Assembly: GCF_036588685.1 (NCBI RefSeq)
Contig: NC_086380.1
Coordinates: 2,790,001-2,854,000, forward strand
Direction of reading: 5' to 3'
From: Mytilus trossulus
Taxonomy: Eukaryota
Length of the DNA stretch: 64,000 nucleotides
Shown: positions 53,074 through 64,000 of the stretch, piece by piece
Numbering within the stretch: position 1 is the stretch's first letter
Layout of the letters: every line of letters begins with the position of its first letter
Position numbers and translations under genes: made by a program
Notes under the pieces: generated by a model
What the model saw: the letters and a program-made list of their open reading frames with translations, nothing else
Told to the model about the DNA's origin: nothing
The model's database searches: none

Positions 53074-53163
53074 TAGTGTATGGAAAGGTATATTCTATGA
53101 ACTTAATAGCTCGGGGCAAGCCCCTCGCTCTTAATTTCATAGTATATACCTTTACATACACTA
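53074..53163. repeat. 90-nt imperfect palindrome/hairpin
   Basis: 44-bp arms (tagtgtatggaaaggtatattctatgaacttaatagctcggggc / gcccctcgctcttaatttcatagtatatacctttacatacacta), about 6 mismatches, 2-nt centre. Confidence 0.85.
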
Positions 53164-55779
53164 ACCAACACAAATAAACGTACAGTTAACTGTTTCTATA
53201 ATAGAATAAACTAACAGTGGTCGGTTTCTATAATATAATAAACGTACAGTGATGCGCGTTCATTGTTAGAGGTTTAACAGTTTATTGTGTTTTAAAGAGA
53301 GACAAAAAAAATGCGAAAAAGTCCTACCTGAAGCTCCTACTAACAGGAGGTAAACAAAATTGATCAACATCTTTTGGCTTGTTGTGACAAAGCTGTTGTG
53401 AACTTGGTCTGCCTGCTCCATGCTGACAGCTTTTTATATGAAATTAAATATTAAATATGTCACACGATTATTGTCCGATTATATAGTACAGAAATTGTTA
53501 AAACTCACTCATCATAATTATTGTAATATATCACATACAGTTAATTTGAAAACAAATGATATAATTGGCTTTCATACTTAAATTTTCAATTGATGATTAT
53601 ATTTCAAAGTACTCTGAAATGAGCAAACAGTTGTAATGAGATGATCTGAAAAATATCCAGGGCCAAACTATTTAACTGTTTGTCCAAAAGTTACAATGCA
53701 AACTGAATGTCAACTAGTGTCACTTTCACATGTTGTAATTTGCATAATAAAATATCAAGATGGTTTAGTTTCATGCCAAAAATTACCAATCGATGTACCA
53801 AATGTTTGCATATAAATTAATAATTAAGAAGGAACGACACATGTACGAGTAAAATTCAGTTAATAGAATATTTTCATATTACCAACTTTTGATTCCGGAG
53901 TTTATATTTTTTGACAGATTACCTATTCTCTGGTAGGACATCCTGGTACTTGGTCAAGTAAGAGCGACACAAAGATTTAAAATTAAGCTGACAATATTTA
54001 TATTTTTTTGGGAAAATTAACTATTTCATGTTTTCTATAGACGCCAAATCATCAGAAAAAAAGCAAACTTTCGCCCTAAATTGCACCGATTTTATGACTG
54101 ATTTGCCTTTTGTTGGTTGCTTTGTCTTGACTGAGTACTAGGACGTTCTATCACAGGTAACCTGTCTAAAAATATATATAATCATGAGTCAAAAGTCGGT
54201 AATGTGAAAAAAGTCAATTGAAAATGAACACAACATTTCTTCGCTATTTCAGATAAAACTAATCAAGTCATTGGTTGATAAGCTGAAATGCTGCCCGCTT
54301 CTGTCGATATATCATTGATTTAGTTCTTTTTTATTGGGATTTATGTCACTGGGTATCATATGAATATATATATATATAAAAGGCGACAAGTTAAACTTTA
54401 ATTATAGAAGCCAAGTTTAAAGTAAACATTACGATATTATGTTCTGAAACATAATCGACGAAAATCGCCCTATTTTATGTGACTTTGACTTTAAATTATT
54501 CATAGTGTTATAAAGTGCTGACTCCACAAAATATAAAGGTCAAATTAAAGTTTATTGAACGCTTATCTATTTAAAAAAAAACAACATGTTGTTCATTTGC
54601 ATGATATAAAAAAGGTTTTGATAAATCAGATAACTATATATTTTAATAGTAATATTTGTTCAGTCTGAAATGCAGTAAAAAGTAAAATAAATTAAAAAAA
54701 CTGAGATCTGAGGAAAATTCAAAACCTAATCAAATGGCAAAATTAAAAGTTGAAACACATCAAACGAATGGATAACAACTGTCATATTCCTGACTTGGCA
54801 CAGGTATTTTCTTATGTAAAAATTTGTGGATATTTGGGAAAGATATGTTAAAAAAATCAATAAAACAAATAGTGAAGACAGTAAAAATTGGTACTGTGAG
54901 TGATCTCGATCTAAAATCGCTACGCAATTCTACACCAAATTAGACCTTACTAACTATCCTCAGCATTGTTTTTTTTTATAAAATATTCATAGATAATTAA
55001 TTTTGTTTACATACGGGTTTCCGTTATGGTCTCTATGTTGCATCTCATAGAGTCATAACTTTTGAAGGTTACCAGTAAATATACATGTGTATATTGTTTA
55101 TATTGAAATCTGTAGTAACTCTAGAGTCGAGATAGGGGTAGTTAAGAAATATAGTGTTTGTTTAAATTGTTAGAAGTTCGGAGCATATAAAAAGTTGAAA
55201 ATATGCCTCACAGCCCTATATATTGACCTTTGAAAACAAATAGTGCATATGAACTTTCCATTCTAGGATATGATTTTTGTTGCAAAACTTCATAGTAAAA
55301 GTGGTAGAGTTTTAGCCGTTAAAAGGGGTTCTCATGGGAAAATGCATTGTCAATATTTACAAATAATGCAACCTGTACTGTGTTTAAGGATAAGGAAGGT
55401 GGCGATTGCTCTATTCCTGTCGCTCTTTGATATCTCCAATTTATTCTAAAGACAGATTCTAGTCAAACAATGTCATTTTACTCTGCAAATAAATAGTATT
55501 GGGGTAAAAAGGGATAATTTGGAAGGCCAATAAAAAAGAGCTACAATTTTCTTTGGTGCGTGACAATATTTACCCCCGGAAATACCAATGTCATTTATTT
55601 ACTTTTTGTTTATTTGAAAGAGTTTAAGAAAAGGAAATGTGGTAAACATATTAGTTTAATTTGTTTGGAAGGGCAAATAGGTCCTGCTTATAGAAAACAA
55701 AAACAAAGGAACAGCACTTGTATTAATGTATCTTCCACTAACACGGCTGTGTTTTTATGTAATGTGTCCGTTTTTATTC

Positions 55780-56421
55780 TATAGCTAGTCACCACTTCAG
55801 TTTTATAATGTAGATCTATTATATAGTCATTTTATAACATTTACTGTTCACAAAATTATTAATCATTCTAAATTCTACATACTAATGATGTTCTTGTTCC
55901 AGGCGTATTGGTTACATTTTGTTTTGGGACTTTTGGTCCTCAGTGTAATAACTTTGTACTTGTTTTGGCTTCTAAACTTAGCGTCACTAGTTAGTCTTGT
56001 GTGGACGTGGCGCTCGTCTGGCGTATTCAATTTTTAACCTGGAACATTTGTTGGATACTATTCATTTGTTTCTCTGTCCTATATGTTCTTTCATTTATTT
56101 GTATTGTAGTCCTGGCATGTGATATTGTCATGTTAATGTTATAGTTAACATTGCCATTAAAGCGGGAGGTTTGGCATGCCACAAACAAGGTTCAATCCAC
56201 CATTTTTATTTTAAAATGCCATGTACCAAGGAAGGGATATGGCCAGTGTTATATTATAGTTCGTGTCTGTGTGTGTTACATTTTAATGTTGTTTTTCTGT
56301 TGTGTCGTAGTTCTCTTATATTTAATGCATTTCCATAAGTTTTAGTTTGTAACTAGGATTTGTTTTTTTCTCTATCGATGTATGAATTTCAAACAGCGGC
56401 ATACTACCGTTGCCCTTATTT
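55780..56421 (+). mobile_element. Family-3 repeat, second copy with a more decayed hammerhead motif
   Basis: gcgtca ctagtta gtcttgtgtggac gtgg cgctcg tc tggcgt at about 55981-56024. Downstream sequence is colinear with 36500-37026. Confidence 0.65.
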
Positions 56422-57407
56422 AACACCAAAACCCTAGATTTTACGCTCACAAACATGGTTATTCATGTGCCACAATATGTATGTGGGTTCCAAGTGATAA
56501 CTGCCGGAAGCCATTTTTGACAAACTTATACGAAGCATGCTTTTCGTCCGGTTATCAATTAGTGTCAAATTATCCTTGTTCTTTGTAACAGAACCTTTAT
56601 CTTAAAGACGGATATAAATCTTTGATAATTAATCTAAATGAAAGGATTATAGTTCAGTGTAAAATACAAGTAACCTTTGAATAGCGTAAAATACAATACA
56701 CTAATAAATTATTAAAACGCAATAAGGACTCGGAATAATTGATAAAAAGCAAACATTATAAAAATATACAAAATCCTAAATGTGAACTTTGAACGAACAA
56801 TTGTCGGGTCATAATAGTGAGCGCAAACGAAAAATTCACTACAGTTTTCCAATTGTAAAGAGACAGTAATATAGAAGGGCAACAACATATTCAGCATTTT
56901 TTTCATTTGTAAAAGAGCATTACTCTAAAACGATAAAAGTGACATAACATAAATTATAACTTCATTTGTGTGATGAAGTAATACGCATTGTGTATTAGTT
57001 CCATTACATTTGACATAGGCGTACTAAAGTTAGAGAACAGAAACCAATTTTATGACACTTCAACATGTATCTTTGTTTTGTGGTAAGAAGCATTATGTGT
57101 ACGTTTCATAACTTTTGGTTAAGACAAGGACGTATGTTAGTTATACGTCCTTGGTTAAGATAATATTTGGTTGAGACAAAGTGAAGGCCGTACGGGAACC
57201 TATAGCTGTTAATTTCTGTCATTTGTTGTCTAATGGAGAGTTGCCTCATTGACAAACATACCACTTTTTCTTTTTTTAAATAAAGTTGGAGATGGAAACT
57301 AATTTTACGGACACTCAGATGTAAATACCTGGACCTCGACCTGGACGGACGAACAAGGATAAAACTTAATGCTCCCTCTGTCATGGTGGGTGTATACAAA
57401 TTAAGAT

Positions 57408-57660
57408 TAAGGAATAAGTAACGAAAAAGTAACGAAAAAGAAATTGGGAATAAGTAACGAATAGGTAGCAAATAAGGAATAAGTAACGAATACTAGCAGG
57501 TAGCAAATAAGGTATTACTTAGAAGAATAAGCAACGAATAAGTAACGAAAAAGGAATAAAGAATAAGTAATGAATAGGTAACAAATAGGGAGTAAGGAAT
57601 TAGTAACGAAAAAGTTAAGGAATAAGTAACGAAAAAGTTAAGGAATGAGTAACGAATACG
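57408..57660. repeat. Minisatellite based on aggaataagtaacgaa
   Basis: Many imperfect copies of (a)agtaacgaa and ggaataa. Confidence 0.85.
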
Positions 57661-58426
57661 AAAAAGCAACTTGACGACCCTTTGATCGGCACTGATTTTC
57701 AAAATAGTCCTGTACGTTCCTCGTATAATATAAGTTTCCTAAAAATTTAGCAAGAATTTGACCGAAGGCAGTAACTCTATAAAAAAAATGATCTGACTGA
57801 TTTTCTTACTTGTTCAATGCATTTATGATATACACCTATGATATAATTTTCATACATATCTTAGAAGAATTGTACACATAAGAGCGCTAACAAGACTAGG
57901 GGATAGAGAGACGGATGGATGTACGCCGGTAATTATATGCAACAAGCACAAAAACCTTTCAAGGATATTAATTGGAAAATCGGTGGTAAACATGCGAATT
58001 TGCTACTATTTGACATACGGGCGATATATAAAGTTATTTCTATGTAGAAAATTTACAAAATTGTGCTCCTCCGAAAAGCTATGATCGAAAACGAGAAAAT
58101 TTTAATGTTTAGCAAATTGTTTTCATAAAAAAAAACGTTTTCTGAATTTAATCTATGATTTCTATACTTTATATTTTATATGATTCTTTATTCAATTACA
58201 TAATACGACCATATAGTTGTTCCCTAATGTTTTATACTATTATTAACTTAATAATCATCAACTGAGATTTTTTTCAATCCTAAGTAAGGTCATCAATGAG
58301 CCCCCCACAGAGTTTTTTTCACTGCTTTCTCTCTCTTAACTTGATTTTGGGGACATTGATTGATGAATATGAGTATATGTTATCTAATATCAGAGTATAC
58401 TTTTTGTGTCAAGACAATATATATAT

Positions 58427-58872
58427 AAAAAAAGATGTGGTATGATTGCCAATGAGACAACTATCCACAAAAGACCAAAATGAGAAAAAAAAATTAACAA
58501 TTATAGGTCACCGTACGGTCTTCAACAATGAGCAAAGCCCATACCGCATATAGTCAGCTATAAAAGGCCAATAAGACAATGTAAAACAATTCAAGCGAGA
58601 AAACTAAAGGCCTTATTTATGTAAAAAAAATGAACGAAAAACAAATATGTAACACATAAACAAACGACAACCACTGAATTACAGGCTCCTGACTTGGGAC
58701 AGGCACATACATAAATAATGTGGCGGGGTTAAACATGTTAGCGGGATCCCAACCCTCCCCCTAACCTGGGACAGTGGTATAACAGTACAACATAAGAACG
58801 AACTATGAAAATCAGTTGAAAAAGGCTTAACTCATCAGATAGACAAAAAATAAAAGTGGACGTGGCCGGGTA
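58427..58872 (-). repeat. Family-2 dispersed repeat (best-preserved copy)
   Basis: Homologous to 22358, 23035, 9130 and 20490. Smaller fragments at about 340-483, 41090-41320 and 57180-57275. Confidence 0.88.
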
Positions 58873-60511
58873 TGTTTGTTCTGCATATTGACTTGGAGAT
58901 GACTTTTAAAAAGTATTTGTGTCTTTTTTAGTATGCATCATAAAAGGCACTGTTAAATTATAATATTATAAACACTACAGTCAGCATGGATCCTGCTTCC
59001 GTTAAGATTTGTTGGATTTCATATGGTTATAGTCCAAACATATGTTAAAGCCGAACTTAGATCCATATTGTTCCGTCCATCTGAAAATCGATGTCGGATA
59101 AACAAAACTAGCAGCGATGTTTACCCCTATCCCCAAACTATTTGAACTAAGTTTTTTTTTAAATCTTACATTGATCTTGTGATGTCGTTCCTCACTTTGC
59201 TTTGTGTTTTACGTATTGATTTTTTTGAAATTTGAATATTGGTAAAGAAATATATAATTAATACATGGTTTAAACGGGATGAAGGACGGGTCATTTTGAC
59301 TGTTATTACAAAATAATGGAATGCTGAATACCGCAAAAAGTCTCACTTTTAATAGACTATTGATATATGGACCCAACAAAGAGGTGTTCGTAGGGTTATC
59401 CAATGTAAATAGAGCTGTGTACTCGCCAATCAGAGGGCCTTAGGTTGTTCTTAAGCTGGTTATGGCTTTCTATATAAGTGTTTCATTAACTATAATTAAA
59501 TTTATTTTTGTATGCTGTGAACAAAGAAGCATTTTTCATAGAATAGATTATTAATGTTAAAGTTCGATGTTAAATTGATGTTAAGCTCTCAAAATCCTCA
59601 TATATGGAAAACTATCCACGATTCACCAACTGGCATACTTCCCAGCTGTATCGTCGATCTCTGAAATGACATTAAAATATTAGAAAATTAGAATGTAAAT
59701 AAGAATGTTTTTAAGATACAACACCCAACTAATTTAAAGAGTAGAAAACAGCCGAAGGCCACCAATGGGTCTTTCATATATTTGAAGATCCCGCGCCCGG
59801 ATGCGTGCTTCAGCTGGGCCCCAAACAAACGTGTGTACCAGGTCAGTGATAATGAACGTCATATTAAATTCCAAAATATATCAAGTTTAATATGTTTTGA
59901 AGATCTTTTAAAATGCCAGAACTGTTAAAATGAAATATTCCGCTACGCACAGCCTGATACATTTACGACCGCAGATATCAAACCATGAACAGTTAGGACA
60001 AGTTTGGACACAATATTTTAGATTGATACTGTCTGAATTTGGATTCATTGTTATCAAACTTTAACATAATATATGTTTCTGAAACAAAATAAAATGTGGT
60101 CAAAGATCTTAAAATTTCGAAATTGGACTTTAATTTACAAAGAATGGTCTGATATCCATGATTTAACAACATGGTTAGATTAATCATATAAAAAAAACAC
60201 ATTTAATTTAAGTTGAAATCAGACAAATATAAATGTTTGGCCCATTCAAACATTGATATAGACTAACTTGAAACCAGGGACCAAAAATAAAAATCTAAAT
60301 GCACAAAAAGATTCAGCATATCACAGAGTCGTCATAATTCCGTTATGATGAATTCAATCAATTGTTTACCCTTTTGATCTCAACGGATATCAATTTAAAA
60401 TGGGGCCAGATATTCAAAAAAAGTAATACAAGGTAAGAGCCCATAAAAAATAAACACTTTAAATTAATCCCATTGAATTTGGTTAAAAGATTTGCATTTA
60501 TTTTCAATTGA

Positions 60512-60900
60512 AATCTCTTGCTATTGTGCAATTGAAGATTTCTTGACATTGTGCAATATTGTGTCATTGTGCAATACTGTGCAGTTAAAGGTTTCCTGCT
60601 ATTATACAATACTGTGGAAAGCAGATTTCTTGCTATTACACAACACTAAGTAAATGAAGATTTCTTGCTATTGCGCAATACTTTTCAATTGAAGATTTCT
60701 TGCGATTGCGCAATACTGTGCAATTTAAGATTTCTTGCTATTGCACAATTTTGTGCAAGTTGAATAATTCTTGCTTTTTTGCAATACTGTGCTATTGTAG
60801 ATATTTTGCCATTGCCTAATACTGTGGTATTGGACAATATCGTGCTATTGAGCAATTAATACTGAACAATTAAATATTTCTTTGTATTGCGCAATACTGT
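60512..60900. repeat. ~35-bp minisatellite (gatttcttgctattgcgcaatactgtgcaattgaa)
   Basis: Roughly ten degenerate units; cleanest at 60659, 60694 and 60729. Confidence 0.85.
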
Positions 60901-61739
60901 GTGATTATATGAAATTTCAAATATATATAAGAAAACAAACATAACCCTCTAAACAAATTTTGAGACAACGTCCCCCCAAAACATTATCCCAGCCTTCTCC
61001 TGGTTGTATGGAACCGTGTAGTACAATTTCAGAGAGATCAATACACTTACACGCAAGTTATTGTCCGGTAACTACAAGCTTGGTTGTTTTTGGCTTTATA
61101 TTGGTCCCTAATTCCTAAACTGTTGGTTCCGAAACCCCTAAAATCAATCTCAACCTTCCTTTAAAGGTATTTCAGCTTCTGGTAAAATTCTAAGAGATCC
61201 ATTCACTTTAACTAAAGTTATTGTCTGGAAACCAAATGTATCTTCGGATGGCACTGATGCTGACACTAACGACGACGAAGACAACATCATAACATTATAC
61301 GACTGTGATTTCTTTTTTGAAGTCGTATATAAAGGGAAGTCAGTTCTGTTGAAAGCCTGACGAGCAATTTTTGGATTTTTACATAAGGCATCATCGGAGT
61401 TTATTGATACAAAATAGTTCATTTAGTGAACGATTAATTCAACAGTGCTAAAATTATTTATATGTTCTCTCTAAACGAAATACTTGTAACTGGACAATGA
61501 ACATTTCAGTCAAAAGTTAATTCAAAATTATAGATTAAATTTCCCATTAGGATAATTATCAACAACCGGCATTGAACAAAATAATGATACTAAATTACCA
61601 CTTCATCAACTGTGTCCCCAATTGCAATCATAGAAATGCCGTAAACGGTATTGATGTCATTTAAGACGTACATGTGTTAACGCTTAAAGACATGATATGT
61701 TCTAATGTGTAACATTGGGCACGTTTTGACTAATAACAA

Positions 61740-62260
61740 TTATCGCACCAAAAGTAAATTACCACGTTTTGATTGGATTAACGCCGTCACGCGGTGACTC
61801 CCTTTGGATCCGTAGGTTAGTAAAGTTTGAGAGGTTCATGACGTCACGTCTACTGTTAATTGTGACGCCATCTATTGACGTTATTGTGTTTTATTGTTTA
61901 TTTTTTAACGCAGCAGAAAAAGCCAGCGTGCGATAAATTCGTTATAATGTAAACTACTGACGCCCTACCGACCATAAAGCCTCACCCCTATGATTTATAC
62001 TAACCCTCTGTGGATTTTTATCGCACCGCGGGTAAATTATCACGTTGTGATTAGTTTAACGCCGTCACGTGGTGACCTTTATGAGACCGTATGGGGTTGG
62101 TAAATTTCATATGTGGTTCATGACGCGTTAATGGTAACGTCATCTATTTATGTTGTTGTGTTGCATTGTTTATATTTCATGAAAACGCAGCAGAAAAAAA
62201 ACTAAGCGTGCGCTGAATTCGTTATACGGTTAAATACTGAGTCTCCAGCCTCACCTCTAA
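61740..62260. repeat. Two diverged ~280-bp tandem units
   Basis: ttatcgcacc....gtaaatta.cacgtt.tgatt.g.ttaacgccgtcacg.ggtgac ... aacgcagcagaaaaa...agcgtgcg...aattcgttata at 61740 and 62018. Confidence 0.8.
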
Positions 62261-62716
62261 GGATTTTATGAACTCTAGATGGATCCGTATTTTCAAATAT
62301 TTTCAAGTTTACCATGGACATATCAAGATGTGGTTTTTCAACATAATGATCATTCTGTTTATTTCTATTCAAATATAGAAACTTACTCATAGCTGATGTT
62401 GTGTCAATTTAAAACACCTCTTATGAAGGAACAATTATGTACAAACCCATTGACATATCCTTCTTTCATAATATTCACTGTTGTGTGTATTGATAACATA
62501 TTTAGTGAAGAAACCATTTGGTACATATTCGTGGAAATATCTTACTTACTCTTTGCGGTTGTCATGTGTACTGGAAACACCTCTTATAACGTAACCGTTT
62601 GGTACACGCACTGAATCGGGATAGTCGTATCGATTTCTCCAGGTTCTATAACATTGACTGAGATCCTTTCCTATAAAATACAAGATATAAATATAAATAA
62701 TTATCTAACATAATTA

Positions 62717-64000
62717 GGTTGATGTTTAGACGAGTTGTATATACATTATGTACACAGCCATGTATCACCATGATTGATGGCGATCCGATGGATACATCTG
62801 TTGTAGGGTTGTCACAGACCCAGACGTACTTATGAATATAATTATTTTTTGTGACTGTATCTTACATTAATTTGTAGGATCCTTTACTATAGATAATTTA
62901 GCTGATCTGTAACAATAACATCTTCATGCCTTATATAGCATGTACTGAAGAACGCCGCTAGATTAACACTGACGTGGAAAGGTAACACATGGCCAGCGAA
63001 AGATCTTTTTTTAAGAGCCCAGGTGGTCGTGTGGTCTAGAGGGACGGCTGCAGTGCAGGCGATTTGGTGTCACGATATCACAGTAGCATGGGTTCGAATC
63101 CCGGCGAGGGAAGAACCAAAAATTTGCGAAAGCAAATTTACAGCTCTAACATTGTTGGGTTGATGTTTAGACGAGTTGTATATACATTATGTACACAACC
63201 ATGTATCACCATCATTCATGGCGATCCGATGGATACATCTGTTGTAGAGTTGTCACTGACTCAGACGTTATTATGAATATAATTATTTCCTTTGACTGTA
63301 TATTACATTAATTTGTAGGATCCTTTACTTTAGATAATTTAGCTGATCTGTAACAATAACATCTTCATGCCTTATATATCATGTACTGTAGTACGCCGCT
63401 AGATTAAAACTGACGTGGAAAGGTAACACATGCCCACCGAGAGCTCTTTTTTAGAGAGCCCAGGTGGTCGTGTGGTCTAGCGGGACGGCTGCAGTGCAGG
63501 CGATTTGGTGTCACGATATCACAGTAGCATGGGTTCGAATCCCGGCGAGGGAAGAACCAAAAATTTGCGAAAGCAAATTTACAGATCTAACAATGTTGGG
63601 TTGATGTTTAGACGAGTTGTATATACATTATGTACACAGCCATGTATCACCATGATTGATGGCGATCCGATGGATACATCTGTTGTAGGGTTGTCACAGA
63701 CCCAGACGTACTTATGAATATAATTATTTTCTGTGACTGTATATTACATTAACTTCTAGGATCCTTTACTATAGATTATTCAGCTGATCTGTAATAATAA
63801 CATCTTCATGCCTTATATATCATGTACTGTAGTACGCCGCTAGATTAAAACTGACGTGGAAAGGTAACACATGCCCACCGAAAGCTCTTTTTTTAGAGAG
63901 CCCAGTTGGTCGTGTGGTCTAGCGGGACAGCTGCAGTGCAGGCGATTAGGTGTCACGATATCACAGTAGCATGGGTTCGAATCCCGGCGAGGGAAGAACC
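62717..64000 (+). repeat. 441-bp tandem satellite (at least ~2.9 units, runs off the window), each unit carrying a tRNA-Leu-like Pol III module
   Basis: Period 441/442 (62717, 63158, 63599). Module gcccaggTGGtcgtgTGGtcta...gcatgGGTTCGAATCCcggcgaggg at about 63017, 63458 and 63900. Confidence 0.9.

Noticed and set aside
58735-58790. HDV-like ribozyme (ctg-tcccaggt-tag ... gctaa) in family 2
   Set aside because: P3/L3-like and J4/2-like pieces are visible, but P1 and P2 could not be paired convincingly; kept only as an unresolved structured motif.
58800-58845. Hammerhead ribozyme in family-2 repeats (CTGATGA on the minus strand)
   Set aside because: CTGATGA-gtt...aac is followed by TGAT rather than GAAA, and I could not build stems I and III.
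32289-62614. Remaining 60-120 aa ORFs in the track outside the LINE ORF2 fragments
   Set aside because: They fall in repeats, LINE antisense strands or AT-rich DNA and show no recognisable motifs.
63017-63115. Functional tRNA gene
   Set aside because: A/B boxes and T-arm are present, but there is no canonical 7-bp acceptor stem or anticodon stem-loop, and it is embedded in a satellite. The 70-aa ORFs at 63064 and 63505 are repeat by-products.

Overview
AT-rich, intron-containing eukaryotic DNA. The repeat families and gene type suggest a bivalve, probably a Mytilus-like mussel (inference). The dominant feature is a minus-strand gene that I spliced by hand from five coding exons: 27936-27720, 25634-25405, 23916-23727, 22016-21942 and 19670-13240. 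All introns are GT-AG and phase-compatible, giving 7143 nt, about 2380 aa. The protein reads as a DZIP3-type HEPN RNase-like domain with an intact RxxxxH motif (RNYLAH), a short coiled coil, an nSTAND3-type P-loop NTPase and about 51 ankyrin repeats. This is an NLR-like effector-STAND-sensor architecture with a recently amplified, internally shuffled repeat array, whose C-terminus has been cut short by a repeat insertion. The window also holds the first coding exon of a PIG-B/ALG9-like mannosyltransferase, two decayed L1/Tx1-type LINEs, and Penelope-like (Naiad-type) RT fragments, one with a SECIS-like hairpin in its 3' UTR. There are four hammerhead-ribozyme-type motifs, and the one with an intact core is split by a MITE inside an intron of the big gene. 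Also present: a tRNA-Leu-like 441-bp satellite, several MITE/foldback and Helentron-type repeats, and a duplication carrying a templated insertion copied from 10 kb away. All calls are by eye; no searches were run.
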